Shown here: positions 29,560-39,763 of the stretch, piece after piece | Numbering within the stretch: position 1 is the stretch's first letter | Layout of the letters: each line of letters starts with the position of its first letter | Source of the DNA: Spirochaetia bacterium | GTDB lineage: Bacteria; Spirochaetota; Spirochaetia; SZUA-6; Bin103 | Direction of reading: 5' to 3' | Length of the DNA stretch: 64,000 nt | Assembly: GCA_965198005.1 (NCBI GenBank) | Contig: CBDAOI010000002.1 | Location: 416,001 to 480,000 of the forward strand | Notes under the pieces: generated by a model | Seen by the model: only the letters and a program-made list of their open reading frames with translations | The model's database searches: none | Told to the model about the DNA's origin: nothing | Translations under genes and position numbers: made by a program

Positions 29560-30657
29560 ATGCCACCAATAACTGGACCCGCAGACGGTCCCGTCGCCGT
29601 GACCGGCGCCTCGGGCTACATCGGATCGCACGTCGTCAAGAACCTGGTCGAAGCGGGCTACGCAGTTCGCGCCAGCGTCCGCGACGCGAGTCGGAAAGAC
29701 AAGACGGAGTTCCTGCGCGCCATGAACGATCGCGGCTCGGGAAGCGTGGAGATTTTCGAGGCCGACCTGTTGCAGGCCACCAACGGCGCCTACGACGAGG
29801 TGTGTGCCGGTTGCTCGGCCGTGTTCCACGTCGCCGCTGATCTGCGTACTGATCCCGCGTACGGAGCGGGCAGTAGCCAACAGACCTATGACGCGATCAT
29901 GGACGGGACCAAGGGCGTCCTGGCCTCGTGCCGAGCGGCCGGCAGCGTAAAGCGGGTCATGTACACCTCGTCGTGCGCGGCTGTGTGGGGCACGTGGCAG
30001 GGTGGAAGCGACCCCAGCGGCCACGAGTTCACCGAGGACGACTGGGGTGGCCACGGTTCAGATGAGCGGCTGTGGAACGTCGCAAAGGCAGCCTACGCCA
30101 AGGGCAAGGTGGACGCCGAGAAGCATGGCTATGCCTGGGGCGAAGAGACCGGCATCGACGTGGTCTCGAACATGCCCAGCCACGTGCTGGGTCCCATCCT
30201 CAACAGGACGCAGAACAACGTGTGGCAGAAAAGAATCGGCCAGGCCCTGTCGGGGCAAAGCGAACCCCCAAATATCGGCCTCGCCTTCGGGCAGGCTATC
30301 GAGGGTGCCGCGCCGGGTTTCCTGTGGAACGTCATCGACGTGCGCGACATCGGCCAGGCGCAGCGCCTCATGGCAACCAGCAACGTCGCCAAGAATGGAT
30401 CCAGATACATACTGGGCGCCACCGACGAGTCCGGGGAGCTCACGGCGCAGCAGATGTACGACGCGCTCAGCGAGCTGTATCCCGACGTCGCCGTGTGCGG
30501 CGACTGGCAGCCGCCGGCCACGCCGGACTTCTGGCACAGCAAGTGCACCAAGGCCATTCGCGAACTGGGACTGAAGACCCATCCCGCGTTGGACACTCTC
30601 CAGGCTACGGGCGACTCGCTGATCGAGTTCGGCGCGATCGAGCCCGCCAGGAAGTAG
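29560..30657 (+). CDS. NAD-dependent epimerase/dehydratase (dihydroflavonol reductase-like extended SDR)
   Basis: TGASGYIGSH, VFHVA, VKRVMYTSS, YAKGK, IDVRD. Confidence 0.88.
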   Translation: MPPITGPADGPVAVTGASGYIGSHVVKNLVEAGYAVRASVRDASRKDKTEFLRAMNDRGSGSVEIFEADLLQATNGAYDEVCAGCSAVFHVAADLRTDPAYGAGSSQQTYDAIMDGTKGVLASCRAAGSVKRVMYTSSCAAVWGTWQGGSDPSGHEFTEDDWGGHGSDERLWNVAKAAYAKGKVDAEKHGYAWGEETGIDVVSNMPSHVLGPILNRTQNNVWQKRIGQALSGQSEPPNIGLAFGQAIEGAAPGFLWNVIDVRDIGQAQRLMATSNVAKNGSRYILGATDESGELTAQQMYDALSELYPDVAVCGDWQPPATPDFWHSKCTKAIRELGLKTHPALDTLQATGDSLIEFGAIEPARK

Positions 30658-30711
30658 CCGCCCGGGGGCCGGCTCAGGAGCCCCTCGTCGAGATCAGCGC
30701 TCCGACGGTTG

Positions 30712-30898
30712 CCGTAGGTGATCGTGCCGGTCGGTGCCGGTCGACGGACGCTGCTGCTCCGCCTGTTGCATGCTCATGGTACACTCCGCACCGTAGCGCC
30801 GGAGCCCACCCGACCGTCGCCAAGCGAGGATCGAGACCATGCGTTCCTTCAACATCGCCGCCGAATCGCTGTGGCTGGGCGACTTCTCGCGCGAGTAG
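30712..30898 (+). pseudogene. Remnant of an AAA ATPase paralogue (upstream region + deleted 5' end)
   Basis: Shares upstream DNA with 27757-27850 and 33462-33520; MRSFN jumps to NIAAESL.LGDFSRE*. Confidence 0.75.
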
Positions 30899-30929
30899 CG
30901 GCGGGTGCCGAGGCAGCGAATCGGTCCGC

Positions 30930-31038
30930 GTTGATCGAGCGGGCAACCTGGGAATACCTGAAGTCGCGCCGCCGCGCGAATCGAGATGTTGCTGAGCTGG
31001 GGCGCATCAATGCCCAATCCGCATCCCTAAATAAATAG
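30930..31038 (+). pseudogene. Possible antitoxin (ribbon-helix-helix type) 3' fragment
   Basis: RSALIERATWEYL..RRRA.RD..EL..IN pattern. Confidence 0.4.
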
Positions 31039-31155
31039 CGAGGCCCCTCCGGCCTGCGCACGCAGGTTGCTGTCGGCGCCGACGAGGGCTTGAAGCACGA
31101 GAGCGCGGTGCACTGCGACGGACTGGTGAGCCTACGAAAGGCGTTGCGGCGCACA

Positions 31156-32310
31156 TTACGCCGGAAACGTGTGCCATGGATGGAGCGCGCGCAGAAACCG
31201 CTCGCAGGGCAGGCACACGATCCCATCGACGTACAACTGTTCATCGCCCAGGTAGAGCAGCAGACGCCGTGCCTCCGGGTAGTCGGCGTGAAATGAACGG
31301 AGGGCGCGCAGATCGGAGCGGCGGACCGTCGCGCTGTGCTTTACTTCGATGGCGGTGAACTGGTTCGGACCATAAATGACCAAGTCCACCTCGGAGCCGG
31401 CGCGGGTGCGCCAATGGAACAGGCGGTCGCCAACGTTGCGATAGGCCAGCCAAGCCCGCAGATGTTGGGCCACCAGCCCGTCCAAGGCTGCTCCTGCGAT
31501 CTCTTCCGGTCGATCGAGCGGACCGGCGGGACGCAGCCCGCCAAACACCCCGCAGTCGAACAGGTAGAACTTGTCGTGTGCCACCGTTGCGCGCGCGGCG
31601 CGCTTGCGAAACACCGGCAGCCGGAAGCCGAGCAGCAGGTCCTCCAGTACGCCGAGGTAACCCTCCACCGCCTTGCGGCCTACTGCGCTGTCGCGGGCAA
31701 TGTTGCTGACATTCAACAATTGCGCGTGCGAGAAGGAGACCGTTTCCAGAAAGCGGGAGAACCCGTCGAGGTCCCGCACCAGTCCCTCGATCTGCACTTC
31801 CTCGCGCACGTAGACGGCCACGTAGCTCTGCAGCGTGTCGACGGGGTCCGCGGCGCCGAGCACCAGCGGCAGCATGCCGCGCTCCAGCGCCGCCGGGAGA
31901 TCGAACCCGTCGCCCAGCTCGGCGGCCATGAACGGGTGCATGGTGCGGACCACGGCCCGGCCGGCCAGCAGATCGACGCCGCTCCGCCTGAGCTTGCGGG
32001 CGCTCGATCCGGTCAGCACGAACCGCCAGCCACGGCCCTCTTCGATCAGCGCGTGCACGGCGCTCAGCAACGCCGGCACCCGTTGCACCTCGTCGATGAC
32101 GATCACCTGGCCGTCGGGCTGGGCGCGAACGAGGTCGAACAGACGCTCGGGCCGCGCCCGGTAGCGCTGCAGCGTGGCTGGATGGAGCAGGTCGATGCGT
32201 ACGCTGTCCGCGTAGCGGCGTTGCGTCCACGCCGACTTGCCGGTACCGCGGGGACCGAAGAGATAGTAACTCTGTCCCGGCGGCTCGAAAACTCGATCGA
32301 CAAACGCCAT
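31156..32310 (-). CDS. AAA_14/DUF4143 ATP-binding protein
   Basis: [43 protein letters not shown]. Confidence 0.92.
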   Translation of the reverse strand: MAFVDRVFEPPGQSYYLFGPRGTGKSAWTQRRYADSVRIDLLHPATLQRYRARPERLFDLVRAQPDGQVIVIDEVQRVPALLSAVHALIEEGRGWRFVLTGSSARKLRRSGVDLLAGRAVVRTMHPFMAAELGDGFDLPAALERGMLPLVLGAADPVDTLQSYVAVYVREEVQIEGLVRDLDGFSRFLETVSFSHAQLLNVSNIARDSAVGRKAVEGYLGVLEDLLLGFRLPVFRKRAARATVAHDKFYLFDCGVFGGLRPAGPLDRPEEIAGAALDGLVAQHLRAWLAYRNVGDRLFHWRTRAGSEVDLVIYGPNQFTAIEVKHSATVRRSDLRALRSFHADYPEARRLLLYLGDEQLYVDGIVCLPCERFLRALHPWHTFPA

Positions 32311-32432
32311 ATTGAGTCTCAATATGGCGTCATCGTTTCCACATTGCAATCACCGCCTCGACGGTTGGCCCCCCAGGGTCCCCCAGGTCGGGACTTGACT
32401 GCGCATCCACCTCATGACACGTTTGCCGGAGG

Positions 32433-32753
32433 ATGTCTGCGACCGCCCTGGAAGATCTTGAGCGCCGGCTGCAGGACGACGACCGTGCCCTGAGCATGGC
32501 GAAGAAGTACGTCTGGTGGCAGTCGCCCGAGCGTGCGCTTGCCGATGGCCGGCTGTTGCTGGCGCAGATGATGACGCTCGCCACTGCCGACGACGTGCGT
32601 TGGCTGCTCTCGGTCGCCTCCAGCGCAGACCTGCTGTGCGTGCTGGACGATCCCCCGGTCGGGGTGTTCAACCGTCGTTCGTGGACGTTCTGGCATCTGC
32701 GGCTGGGACGCGAAACGATTCCTGCCCTTCCCGTGAGGCGCTTGCCTGCGTAA
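32433..32753 (+). CDS. Hypothetical protein, probable antitoxin partner of the AbiEii toxin
   Basis: AKKYVWW...A......LAQMM.L...DD...GVF..RSW.FWH; abuts the toxin gene. Confidence 0.65.
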   Translation: MSATALEDLERRLQDDDRALSMAKKYVWWQSPERALADGRLLLAQMMTLATADDVRWLLSVASSADLLCVLDDPPVGVFNRRSWTFWHLRLGRETIPALPVRRLPA

Positions 32754-32754
32754 C

Positions 32755-33411
32755 GTGTTCGAGCCGCTACTCGACGTCCTCCCCGAGGCGCAACGCGAAC
32801 TGTGGCCGACGCTGGTCGCTATTCCGCACAGCTACGTCCTGTACGGGGGGACCGCGCTGGCGTTGCGGCTGGGGCATCGGTCGTCCCTCGATTTCGACTT
32901 CTTTTCGTCGGAGACGCTCGACTTCGAGGCGTTATACGAGATTCCGTTCATCTCGGACGCCGAGGTCCTGCAGCGCGAGCCGGCAGCCTTGACCATCTCG
33001 GTGCACCGCAACGAACCGGTGAAAGTTTCGTTCTTCGGAAATATCGGTTTTGGCCGAGTGGGGAGTCCGGATCAGACCGATGACGGCGTGCTCGCGGTCG
33101 CCTCACCGCTCGATCTGTTCGGCACCAAGCTGAAGGTGCTCCTGCAGCGCGTTGCGGCGCGGGACTATCTGGATCTGGCGGCGCTTTTGCGTGCCGGCGT
33201 CCCGCTGCAGGACGGGCTTGGCGCCGCGGTGGCTCTATACGGTAACGAGTTTCCGTCGATCGATGCCGTAAAAGCGCTCGCCTACTACGAGGAGGGCGTT
33301 GCCGCACAGCTCGATGCCGCGACGCGTCGATACCTGACGCATCAAGCATCTCGCTGGGACTGCTCGGTCACCCCGCTCCGGAAGACCGCAACTTCTCTCA
33401 GGGGCTCGTAA
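32755..33411 (+). CDS. AbiEii/AbiGii-family nucleotidyltransferase toxin
   Basis: LYGGTALALRLGHRSSLDFDFF, K..V..QR...RDYLD. Confidence 0.88.
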   Translation: MFEPLLDVLPEAQRELWPTLVAIPHSYVLYGGTALALRLGHRSSLDFDFFSSETLDFEALYEIPFISDAEVLQREPAALTISVHRNEPVKVSFFGNIGFGRVGSPDQTDDGVLAVASPLDLFGTKLKVLLQRVAARDYLDLAALLRAGVPLQDGLGAAVALYGNEFPSIDAVKALAYYEEGVAAQLDAATRRYLTHQASRWDCSVTPLRKTATSLRGS

Positions 33412-33461
33412 GCGCCCCAAAACCGCCGCCGGCGCCGCGCCGCCGATCTGATCACTATTGA

Positions 33462-34566
33462 CGTAGGTGATCGTGCCGGTCGGTGCCGGTCGACGGACGC
33501 TGCTGCTCCGCCTGTTGCATTCTCATGGTCCGCCGACCGATCATTACCTGATCGCGCCGTTGTCGAGGATCGATCGGGACGAAGTGCTCGGCTTGGTGCG
33601 CGACAAGAAGTACTTCGTGCTGCACGCGCCGCGGCAAACCGGGAAGACGTCGGCGCTGCTGGCGCTGGCCGAAGTGCTGAACGAGCGGGGCTACGGTTGC
33701 GTTTACGTTACGGTCGAAACCGCTCGCACGGCCCGCGACGACGTGCAACGGGCGATGCGCACGGTGCTCGCCATGCTGGCGCATGCGGCGGGTGCGGCGT
33801 TGGGCGACCGGTTCCTGCGAGACGCCTGGGCGGTGGTGAACGCACTGGCGCACGGCACGTGCTTCAAGAACAGGGCGTTGCGGCAAGACCGCGCGCGCAC
33901 GGTGACCGCCGGCGACGTCGCCGCGGTGCGCGAGGACCTGATCGTGAACCGGGTGACGCACCTGGACTATCTGGCGGACAAGCTGCGCGAGGATCGCGTG
34001 CGGCGGGTGATCGAGCCGATGCTGAGCGGCACGCGCCGGCACGCCTTCACGGACCGCGACATGACGTACGCGCGCGACCTGGGGCTGGTGGCCCGCGACG
34101 CGCCGTTGCGGGTGGCCAACCCGATCTACGCCGAAGTGCTGCCGCGCGAACTCGCATGGGTGGCGCAGGAGACGCTGGATGTGCCGTCGCTGCGGTACGT
34201 GAGACGGACGGCAGCCTGGACGCCGAGTTGCTGATGGCGTACTTGCAGCGGGTGGTGAACGGCGGCGGCCGCATTGAGCGGGAGTACGCGCTGGGGAGCG
34301 GGCGGGTGGACCTGCTGATCGTGTGGCCGCTGGCGGACCGGGTGCAGGAGTTCGTGGTGGAGTGCAAGGTGGTGCGCGACCACGACGGGCTGGAGAGCGT
34401 CGTGGACGAGGGCGTGGAGCAGACGGCGCGGTACGTGGACCGCTGCGCGGCGGAGGCAGGGCACCTGATCGTCATCGACCGACGGGAGCACCGGAGCTGG
34501 GAGGAGAAGGTATTTCATCTCCGGCGCGGTGGCGGCGCAGTGCCGGTCGACGTGTGGGGCATGTGA
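33462..34566 (+). pseudogene. AAA ATPase paralogue with several internal deletions
   Basis: Blocks near-identical to 27837-29408 with deletions at ~33528, ~33830 and ~34240, plus a frameshift. Confidence 0.88.
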
Positions 34567-34648
34567 TCTCCACGTCAACGGCCATCCGCTGGCGCCACCG
34601 TGGGAGAAACGGATCCCGCATCCGTTCCTCGTGGCGAACCGGCTGGTG

Positions 34649-35494
34649 CTAGGTGGGCACCAGGAGCGCGGCGCCGTCGATCTTGAGGATCTGCCCCGAT
34701 ACGTAGGAGGAGGCGTCGGTGACCAGGTACGCCACCGCGCGGGCCACCTCATCCGGCCAGCCGTAACGGGACAGGCTGCCCTCGCGTACCTTGCGGGTGT
34801 CGTCGGTGGGACGGCTGTTGACGAATCGCGGACTCAGGATCTCCCCGGGGGCGACCGCGTTGACGCGCACGCCGTGCTCGCGCAGCTGGGCCGCCAGGCA
34901 GCGGGTGTAGTGGTGGACCGCGGCCTTGGCGCTGCCGTACACCACGCCCGCGGATGCGCCACGAAGGCCGGCCACGCTGCCCATGTTGACGATGCAGCCC
35001 TGCTGGCGCGCTATCATCTCGGGCGCCACTTCGCGGCAGGGGAGGATGCATGTGAGCCAGTTGCGATCGAACACCGCGCGCAGGTCGGCGAACGAAACGT
35101 TGATGGCGTCGTTGTCGACCGGCCGGCCACCCGCGGCGGCCATGGTGCCCTGGGCGCCGATGTCGCCGCCGGCGTTGTTGACCAGGATGTCGATCTGACC
35201 GAAGCGATCGCGAACCTGTGCGGCCAACTCGGCCACCCGCTCCTCGCTGGTGAGGTCGCCGTGGACCGCCAGTACCTCGGCCCCGGTCGCGGTGGCGATC
35301 TGGTTGCCGACCGACTCAAGGGAATCGCCCTCACCGAAGGCCTTGGTGGAGGTGGGCGTGGTGCCGTGAATGGCCACGCGCGCACCGAGGCCGGCCAGGT
35401 GTTCGGCGATGGCGCGCCCCAGACCCCGTCCCGATCCGGTTACCCATGCCACCCTGCCGGCCAAAGGGCTTGGTTTCTCGTCACTCATAGCCAT
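34649..35494 (-). CDS. Short-chain dehydrogenase/reductase
   Basis: TGSGRGLG, LVNNAG, YGSAK, VNAVAPG. Confidence 0.92.
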   Translation of the reverse strand: MAMSDEKPSPLAGRVAWVTGSGRGLGRAIAEHLAGLGARVAIHGTTPTSTKAFGEGDSLESVGNQIATATGAEVLAVHGDLTSEERVAELAAQVRDRFGQIDILVNNAGGDIGAQGTMAAAGGRPVDNDAINVSFADLRAVFDRNWLTCILPCREVAPEMIARQQGCIVNMGSVAGLRGASAGVVYGSAKAAVHHYTRCLAAQLREHGVRVNAVAPGEILSPRFVNSRPTDDTRKVREGSLSRYGWPDEVARAVAYLVTDASSYVSGQILKIDGAALLVPT

Positions 35495-35532
35495 CGCGCA
35501 TTATAGCCGAGGTCCCACCGGCGCGGCAGGGG

Positions 35533-35990
35533 CCGTATCCTGGCGAATCGCCGAGTAGATGCCGACCGGCAGCGCGATCACCAGCCCGATGAGGATTGCC
35601 ATCAAACCAAGCTCGATGGTTACGGGCAGTCTAGTAAGCGTTGTTGGTTTCCTCGAGGTTTATTGCCATCTGCATTGCCTTGCGCACCCTGATGTCGTCA
35701 AACGGCTTCAATTGAACGTTCATACCAGTACCATTATCGAATCCCAGAATCGAATCCCAGAAAAACGGCCATATCACGAGTTCGGGGTTGGTCCGCTGGA
35801 GGTCGGCAGTCAGTTCCCGACCGTTCATCGGTGCCCTATCGTGCCAGTGAACGCCCTGACGGACGTTGACGATATACGTCAGTGGGTCGGGCTGCGACCA
35901 GCTTTCCGCCAGCTGCCCTATCGTGTAAGTTGGAGGGCTGTGAAACTGGAAGTCATATTTGTCCCTGGGCGTTAATGGAAGAGACATACG
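35533..35990 (-). pseudogene. Fragments of DppB and of an ABC substrate-binding protein
   Basis: RLPVTIELGL...PVGIYSAIRQDTA (35533-35632); LAESWSQPDP...GRELTAD joined to LQRTNPE...FDDIRVRKAMQMAI. Confidence 0.8.
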
Positions 35991-36004
35991 TTGAAGGGCT
36001 ACGG

Positions 36005-36208
36005 ACACGCCGGCCGGTAGCGCCCCAACCGCGGAGCGGGTGGAGGGAAGGGGCCTGGCCAAAGGGAATCCGCACCAGCAAAACACGCCCCGGACACCGC
36101 GCCGGCAATATGGCGCGCCCAGTGCGCTGGAGCGGATACGTCAAGCAGCGCGACGGGATAGACGGGATAGGACGCTGCGGTTCACCGCGTTCCTGCACCA
36201 CGTCGACA
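36005..36208 (+). mobile_element. Group II intron fragment (start of the RT/maturase ORF)
   Basis: VEGRGLAKGN...Q.T.RT..R....SALERIRQAARRD..RFTA.LHHV, typical LtrA-type N-terminus; no RT core. Confidence 0.75.
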
Positions 36209-36233
36209 TAACTTCCGCTCCCGTGAGAGTCAA
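36205..36233 (-). promoter_or_regulatory. Putative sigma70 promoter homologous to the one at 42162-42190
   Basis: TTGACT-17-TATGTC with shared flanks (CGTGG...CGGGAGCGGA). Confidence 0.5.
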
Positions 36234-36338
36234 CCACGAAAACGGCCCGACGGCCCAATTCTTGAGCTCCCTGTCGAACCGGTAGCCCGAATCCCCGGCT
36301 CCCCCGGTAGTAGAGGCCGCACGCACACACCACCGCCT

Positions 36339-36763
36339 TCAGGCGACGCCCTCGCCCGGTCTGTCGGGGGGCTCGTTCCGGTTGCTCCAAAACAGACCCT
36401 CGATTACACCCTCCACCTTCGACAGCCGCTGCTCGACGCCGCCAACCCGCGTATTGAGCTCTCCGAATCCGGCCTTCATCTCGGCGCGGAGGGCACCGAC
36501 CTCCTCGCTCAGTGCGGCATCGCCCGCATGCATCTCGCCACGCAGCGCTTGATGGTCGGCCTTCATCTCGGCGCGGAAGGCACCGATCTCCTCGCTCAGT
36601 GCGGCATCGCCCGCGCCCATCCCCTTGCGGCCGCGCCCATCCCCTTGCGGGCTCCTACTTCGGCCTTCAGGTCGCCGCGAATGGCGCGGCCCGCGGCGAA
36701 CAGCAGACCGCCGAGGGCGATCGTGGAGCCAAGTAGCCCGATCAACTCTGTACTCACGTACAC
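36339..36763 (-). pseudogene. Small TM + coiled-coil repeat protein frameshifted by a perfect 20-bp duplication
   Basis: MYVSTELIG...; 36611-36630 equals 36631-36650; removing one copy gives a 405-nt in-frame ORF ending RLSKVEG..EGL. Confidence 0.7.
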
Positions 36764-36936
36764 CTCTCCGGCGCCTCCGCTCTCCTCGGACTCTACCGCT
36801 TCGTGGGCGTAGTGTCACGCCACCGCGGTGTCGCCGGGGCCAGCGATCCGGCACCCGCTCGGAGGGATAGCGCGACACCCGCCGACGTCGTGGAGCGGAG
36901 GAGCGCAGCGCTGCTGTGTGACCCCCGGCTACACCC

Positions 36937-37185
36937 ACCCGGCGCTGGTCGATGCCGAAGCTGCGCGCCACCACCCCGGCGACGTTGCTGCTGATGCCCT
37001 GGCCCATCTCGATGCCGCCGGTGGTCACGCCCACGCTGCCGTCGGCGTAGAAGTGGACCAACGCCCAACCCTGGTTGAGGTGGCTCTTGGTGAAGGCGAT
37101 GCCGAAGCGCACCGGCATCATCGCCCAGCCCTTCTTGTGGGCGCAGTGGTCGCGGTTGAACTCCCCCACCCGCCGACGAATCCCG
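36937..37185 (-). pseudogene. Xanthine dehydrogenase molybdopterin subunit (XdhB) fragment
   Basis: KKG.A.MPV.FGI.F....LNQ..ALVH.Y.DGSV....GG.EMGQG. Confidence 0.8.
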
Positions 37186-37339
37186 TCCACCGCGAATGCC
37201 ACCTGCAAATTCGTCCCAGGTTTTCCTGCACGGCACGTTTCCACCTGCTGCCCATAGTGAAAATAATCGCCGTCGCGCAGCAGGTTGGCGCGCTGCGGGT
37301 CAGCCGCCGCGACGCCCAGCTAGCGCCCGGTGCCGATTA

Positions 37340-37665
37340 TCTCCACCACGAAGCGGCGCTCGCGCCCGCCCTGCGGCCACACGATCAGCAGGTCGGTGCG
37401 CCCGCGCCCCAGCGCGTACTCCCGCTCGAGCCGCCCGCCGCCGTTCACGATTGGAACGCCGCGATCAGCCCCTCAACGTCCAGCCCGCCGTCCGCGCCCA
37501 CGTACCACGCCATCTGGTGCGGCAGCCCCGCCTGCACCGCGTAGTTCAGATGCCGCGGCACCACCTCCGCGTAGATCGGGTTGGCGATGTGCGGCGTGCC
37601 GGCGGCGTCCTGCGCCACCAGCCCCAGGTCACAGACGTAGGCGACGTCCTCGGCCGACCACGCCT
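37340..37665 (-). pseudogene. AAA ATPase paralogue 3' fragments
   Basis: DLGLV...IANPIYAEVVPR and VNGGGRLEREYALGRGRTDLLI. Confidence 0.8.
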
Positions 37666-37712
37666 GGAGATAGAGAATTTGATAGAGCGCGGGGCACGAG
37701 GATCTGCACAGC

Positions 37713-38675
37713 CTACGATGGAGCGCGCTTACCCGCTGAACGGGGAGAGGCTCCTGGCATCCCCGCCAGGAGGCCTCGGTTGCGTTTCGCCGAGGCGGCA
37801 TAACCTCCCTGTCCGCCTCGCAGCCGCGGGTCGAGCAGGTCTCTCACCGCGTCGCCGAACATGTTGAGCGCGTAGACCACGATGGTCAGGCAGAGCCCGG
37901 GCCACAGCGCCAGCCGCGGCGCCTGCTCCATGTACTGACGCCCTTCCCGGCTGAGCATCCCACCCCAGCTCGGAACCTGGACCGGCAGCCCGAATCCCAG
38001 GAAGCTCAAGCTGGCCTCGGCAATGATCACGCCGCCGATGTTGATCGAGAAGATGATGATGATCGGCGCCATGATGTTGGGCACCACGTGGCGCACCAGG
38101 ATCTGGCTGGTGCGCGTGCCCACGGCCTCGGCGGCCTGAAAGTAGTCGTTCTCCTTGACCCCGAGCACGGCGCTGCGGATGACGCGGGAGCCCCCGATGC
38201 CGCCGGCGATCCCCAGCACCACGATGATCTGGAGCAGCCCCTGTCCGACGATGGACATGATGGTCAACAACAGCAGCAGCCCCGGGAAGGCCATCCAGGC
38301 ATCGACGAAACGCTGCACCGCCAGGTCCACCTTCCCGCCGAGGAATCCGGAAGTCCCGCCAATCAGGACGGCGACGATCACGTTGAGTGCCGTTGCTGCC
38401 AGACCGACGGTCAAGGAGATGCGAGCTCCATGGAGAATGCGGCTCAACAGGTCTCGCCCCAGGTGGTCGGTGCCCAGCAGATAGCGGGCGGATGCGCCCT
38501 GCATGATGTCCGGCAGGTGTATTTCCTGGTAGGGATAGGGCGCCAGACGCTCGGCAAGAATCGCGACGAGAATCAAGATCACGACGAGAATCCCGCAGGC
38601 GGTGCCCAGGGGCTTCTCCTGCCACAGCCTGGTGAAGGAATCAGCCAGCCAGCCCCGCCGCCCGTTCCTACTCAT
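37713..38675 (-). CDS. Peptide/nickel ABC permease (DppC-like)
   Basis: LGTDHLGRDLLSR..HGARISL, EAA motif, EASLSFLGFG, PSWG, DLLDPR. Confidence 0.93.
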   Translation of the reverse strand: MSRNGRRGWLADSFTRLWQEKPLGTACGILVVILILVAILAERLAPYPYQEIHLPDIMQGASARYLLGTDHLGRDLLSRILHGARISLTVGLAATALNVIVAVLIGGTSGFLGGKVDLAVQRFVDAWMAFPGLLLLLTIMSIVGQGLLQIIVVLGIAGGIGGSRVIRSAVLGVKENDYFQAAEAVGTRTSQILVRHVVPNIMAPIIIIFSINIGGVIIAEASLSFLGFGLPVQVPSWGGMLSREGRQYMEQAPRLALWPGLCLTIVVYALNMFGDAVRDLLDPRLRGGQGGYAASAKRNRGLLAGMPGASPRSAGKRAPS

Positions 38676-39624
38676 ACCGTACCCTCGGGTCCAAGTAGGG
38701 ATAGATCAGGTCGATGAGCAGATTGAGCAGCACCACCCCGGTGGCGAAAAACAGGTTGGTTCCCTGCACCACCGGATAGTCACGGCTTCGCAGGGCATCG
38801 AGCATGAGACGGCCGAGTCCCGGCAGGGCAAAGATGTTCTCCATGATCACCGCGCCCCCGACCAGGATCGGCAACTGCAGGCCGATCAGGGTCACCACCG
38901 GGATGAAGGCATTCTTGAGGGTATGCCGGACAATCACGACCCGCTCTTTGAGCCCCTTGGACCAGGCGGTGCGGATGTAGTCCTGCCGCAGTACCTCCAG
39001 CGTCATGGTGCGCATCATCCGCATGGTGGCAGCCGCGGAGGCCGTCCCCAGAATCAGGCTGGGGATCAAGAACCCGCCGAGGTTGCCCAGCGGGTCTTCG
39101 GTGAAAGGAATGTATTCCAGCGGTGGGGTCCAGCCCCACCAGATGGTCGGATAGATCAACACCATGATGGCGAGCCAGAAGTTCGGCGTGGCCAGGCCGA
39201 TGATGGCGACCGAGCGTCCCAGGTAGTCGGCGGCGGTATCCTGGCGCATCGCCGAGTAGATGCCCACCGGCAGCGCGATCACGAGCCCGATGAGGATGGC
39301 CAGCAGGCCAAGCTCGATGGTGACCGGCAATCTGGAGAGTATCTCCTCCTCTACCGTCCAATCGCGCCACAGGGACTCGCCCAGGGTGCCGTGTAGGAAG
39401 ATCTCGCCGATCCAGCGTCCGTACTGTACGTACACAGGCACGTCTAAACCCAGCATACGCTCAAGAGCTTCGCGGTCTATATCGCCACCCACCCATTGCA
39501 GCTCACCCAACATGACGTCTATGACGTCGCCGGGGATGAAGCGGACCGTGAGAAAGACCAGGATGCTCAGGAGAACCAGAGTGGGGACGACCAGCAATAA
39601 GCGCCTGATGATATAGGCTCTCAT
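38668..39624 (-). CDS. Peptide/nickel ABC permease (DppB-like)
   Basis: MRAYIIRRLL, RLPVTIEL, LRQDYIRTA.SKG, ENIF.LPGLG, RDYPVVQG. Confidence 0.93.
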   Translation of the reverse strand: MRAYIIRRLLLVVPTLVLLSILVFLTVRFIPGDVIDVMLGELQWVGGDIDREALERMLGLDVPVYVQYGRWIGEIFLHGTLGESLWRDWTVEEEILSRLPVTIELGLLAILIGLVIALPVGIYSAMRQDTAADYLGRSVAIIGLATPNFWLAIMVLIYPTIWWGWTPPLEYIPFTEDPLGNLGGFLIPSLILGTASAAATMRMMRTMTLEVLRQDYIRTAWSKGLKERVVIVRHTLKNAFIPVVTLIGLQLPILVGGAVIMENIFALPGLGRLMLDALRSRDYPVVQGTNLFFATGVVLLNLLIDLIYPYLDPRVRYE

Positions 39625-39763
39625 GTGACACTCCCCATCATTCTTCGAAACAAAAGTGCTTCTCTTTCCGATGAGTTCCCACTTCAATAAGTAAAGGAGA
39701 GCTGGAAAGCCTGAGCCTCCCAGCTCGCTTTTTCCCTGAGCTAAGCCACAATGGGTGAAACCC

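Noticed and set aside
36005-36208. Diversity-generating retroelement or retron driving SBP variation
   Set aside because: The fragment is a group II intron-type N-terminus without an RT core, and I saw no TR/VR pair with adenine-specific mismatches.
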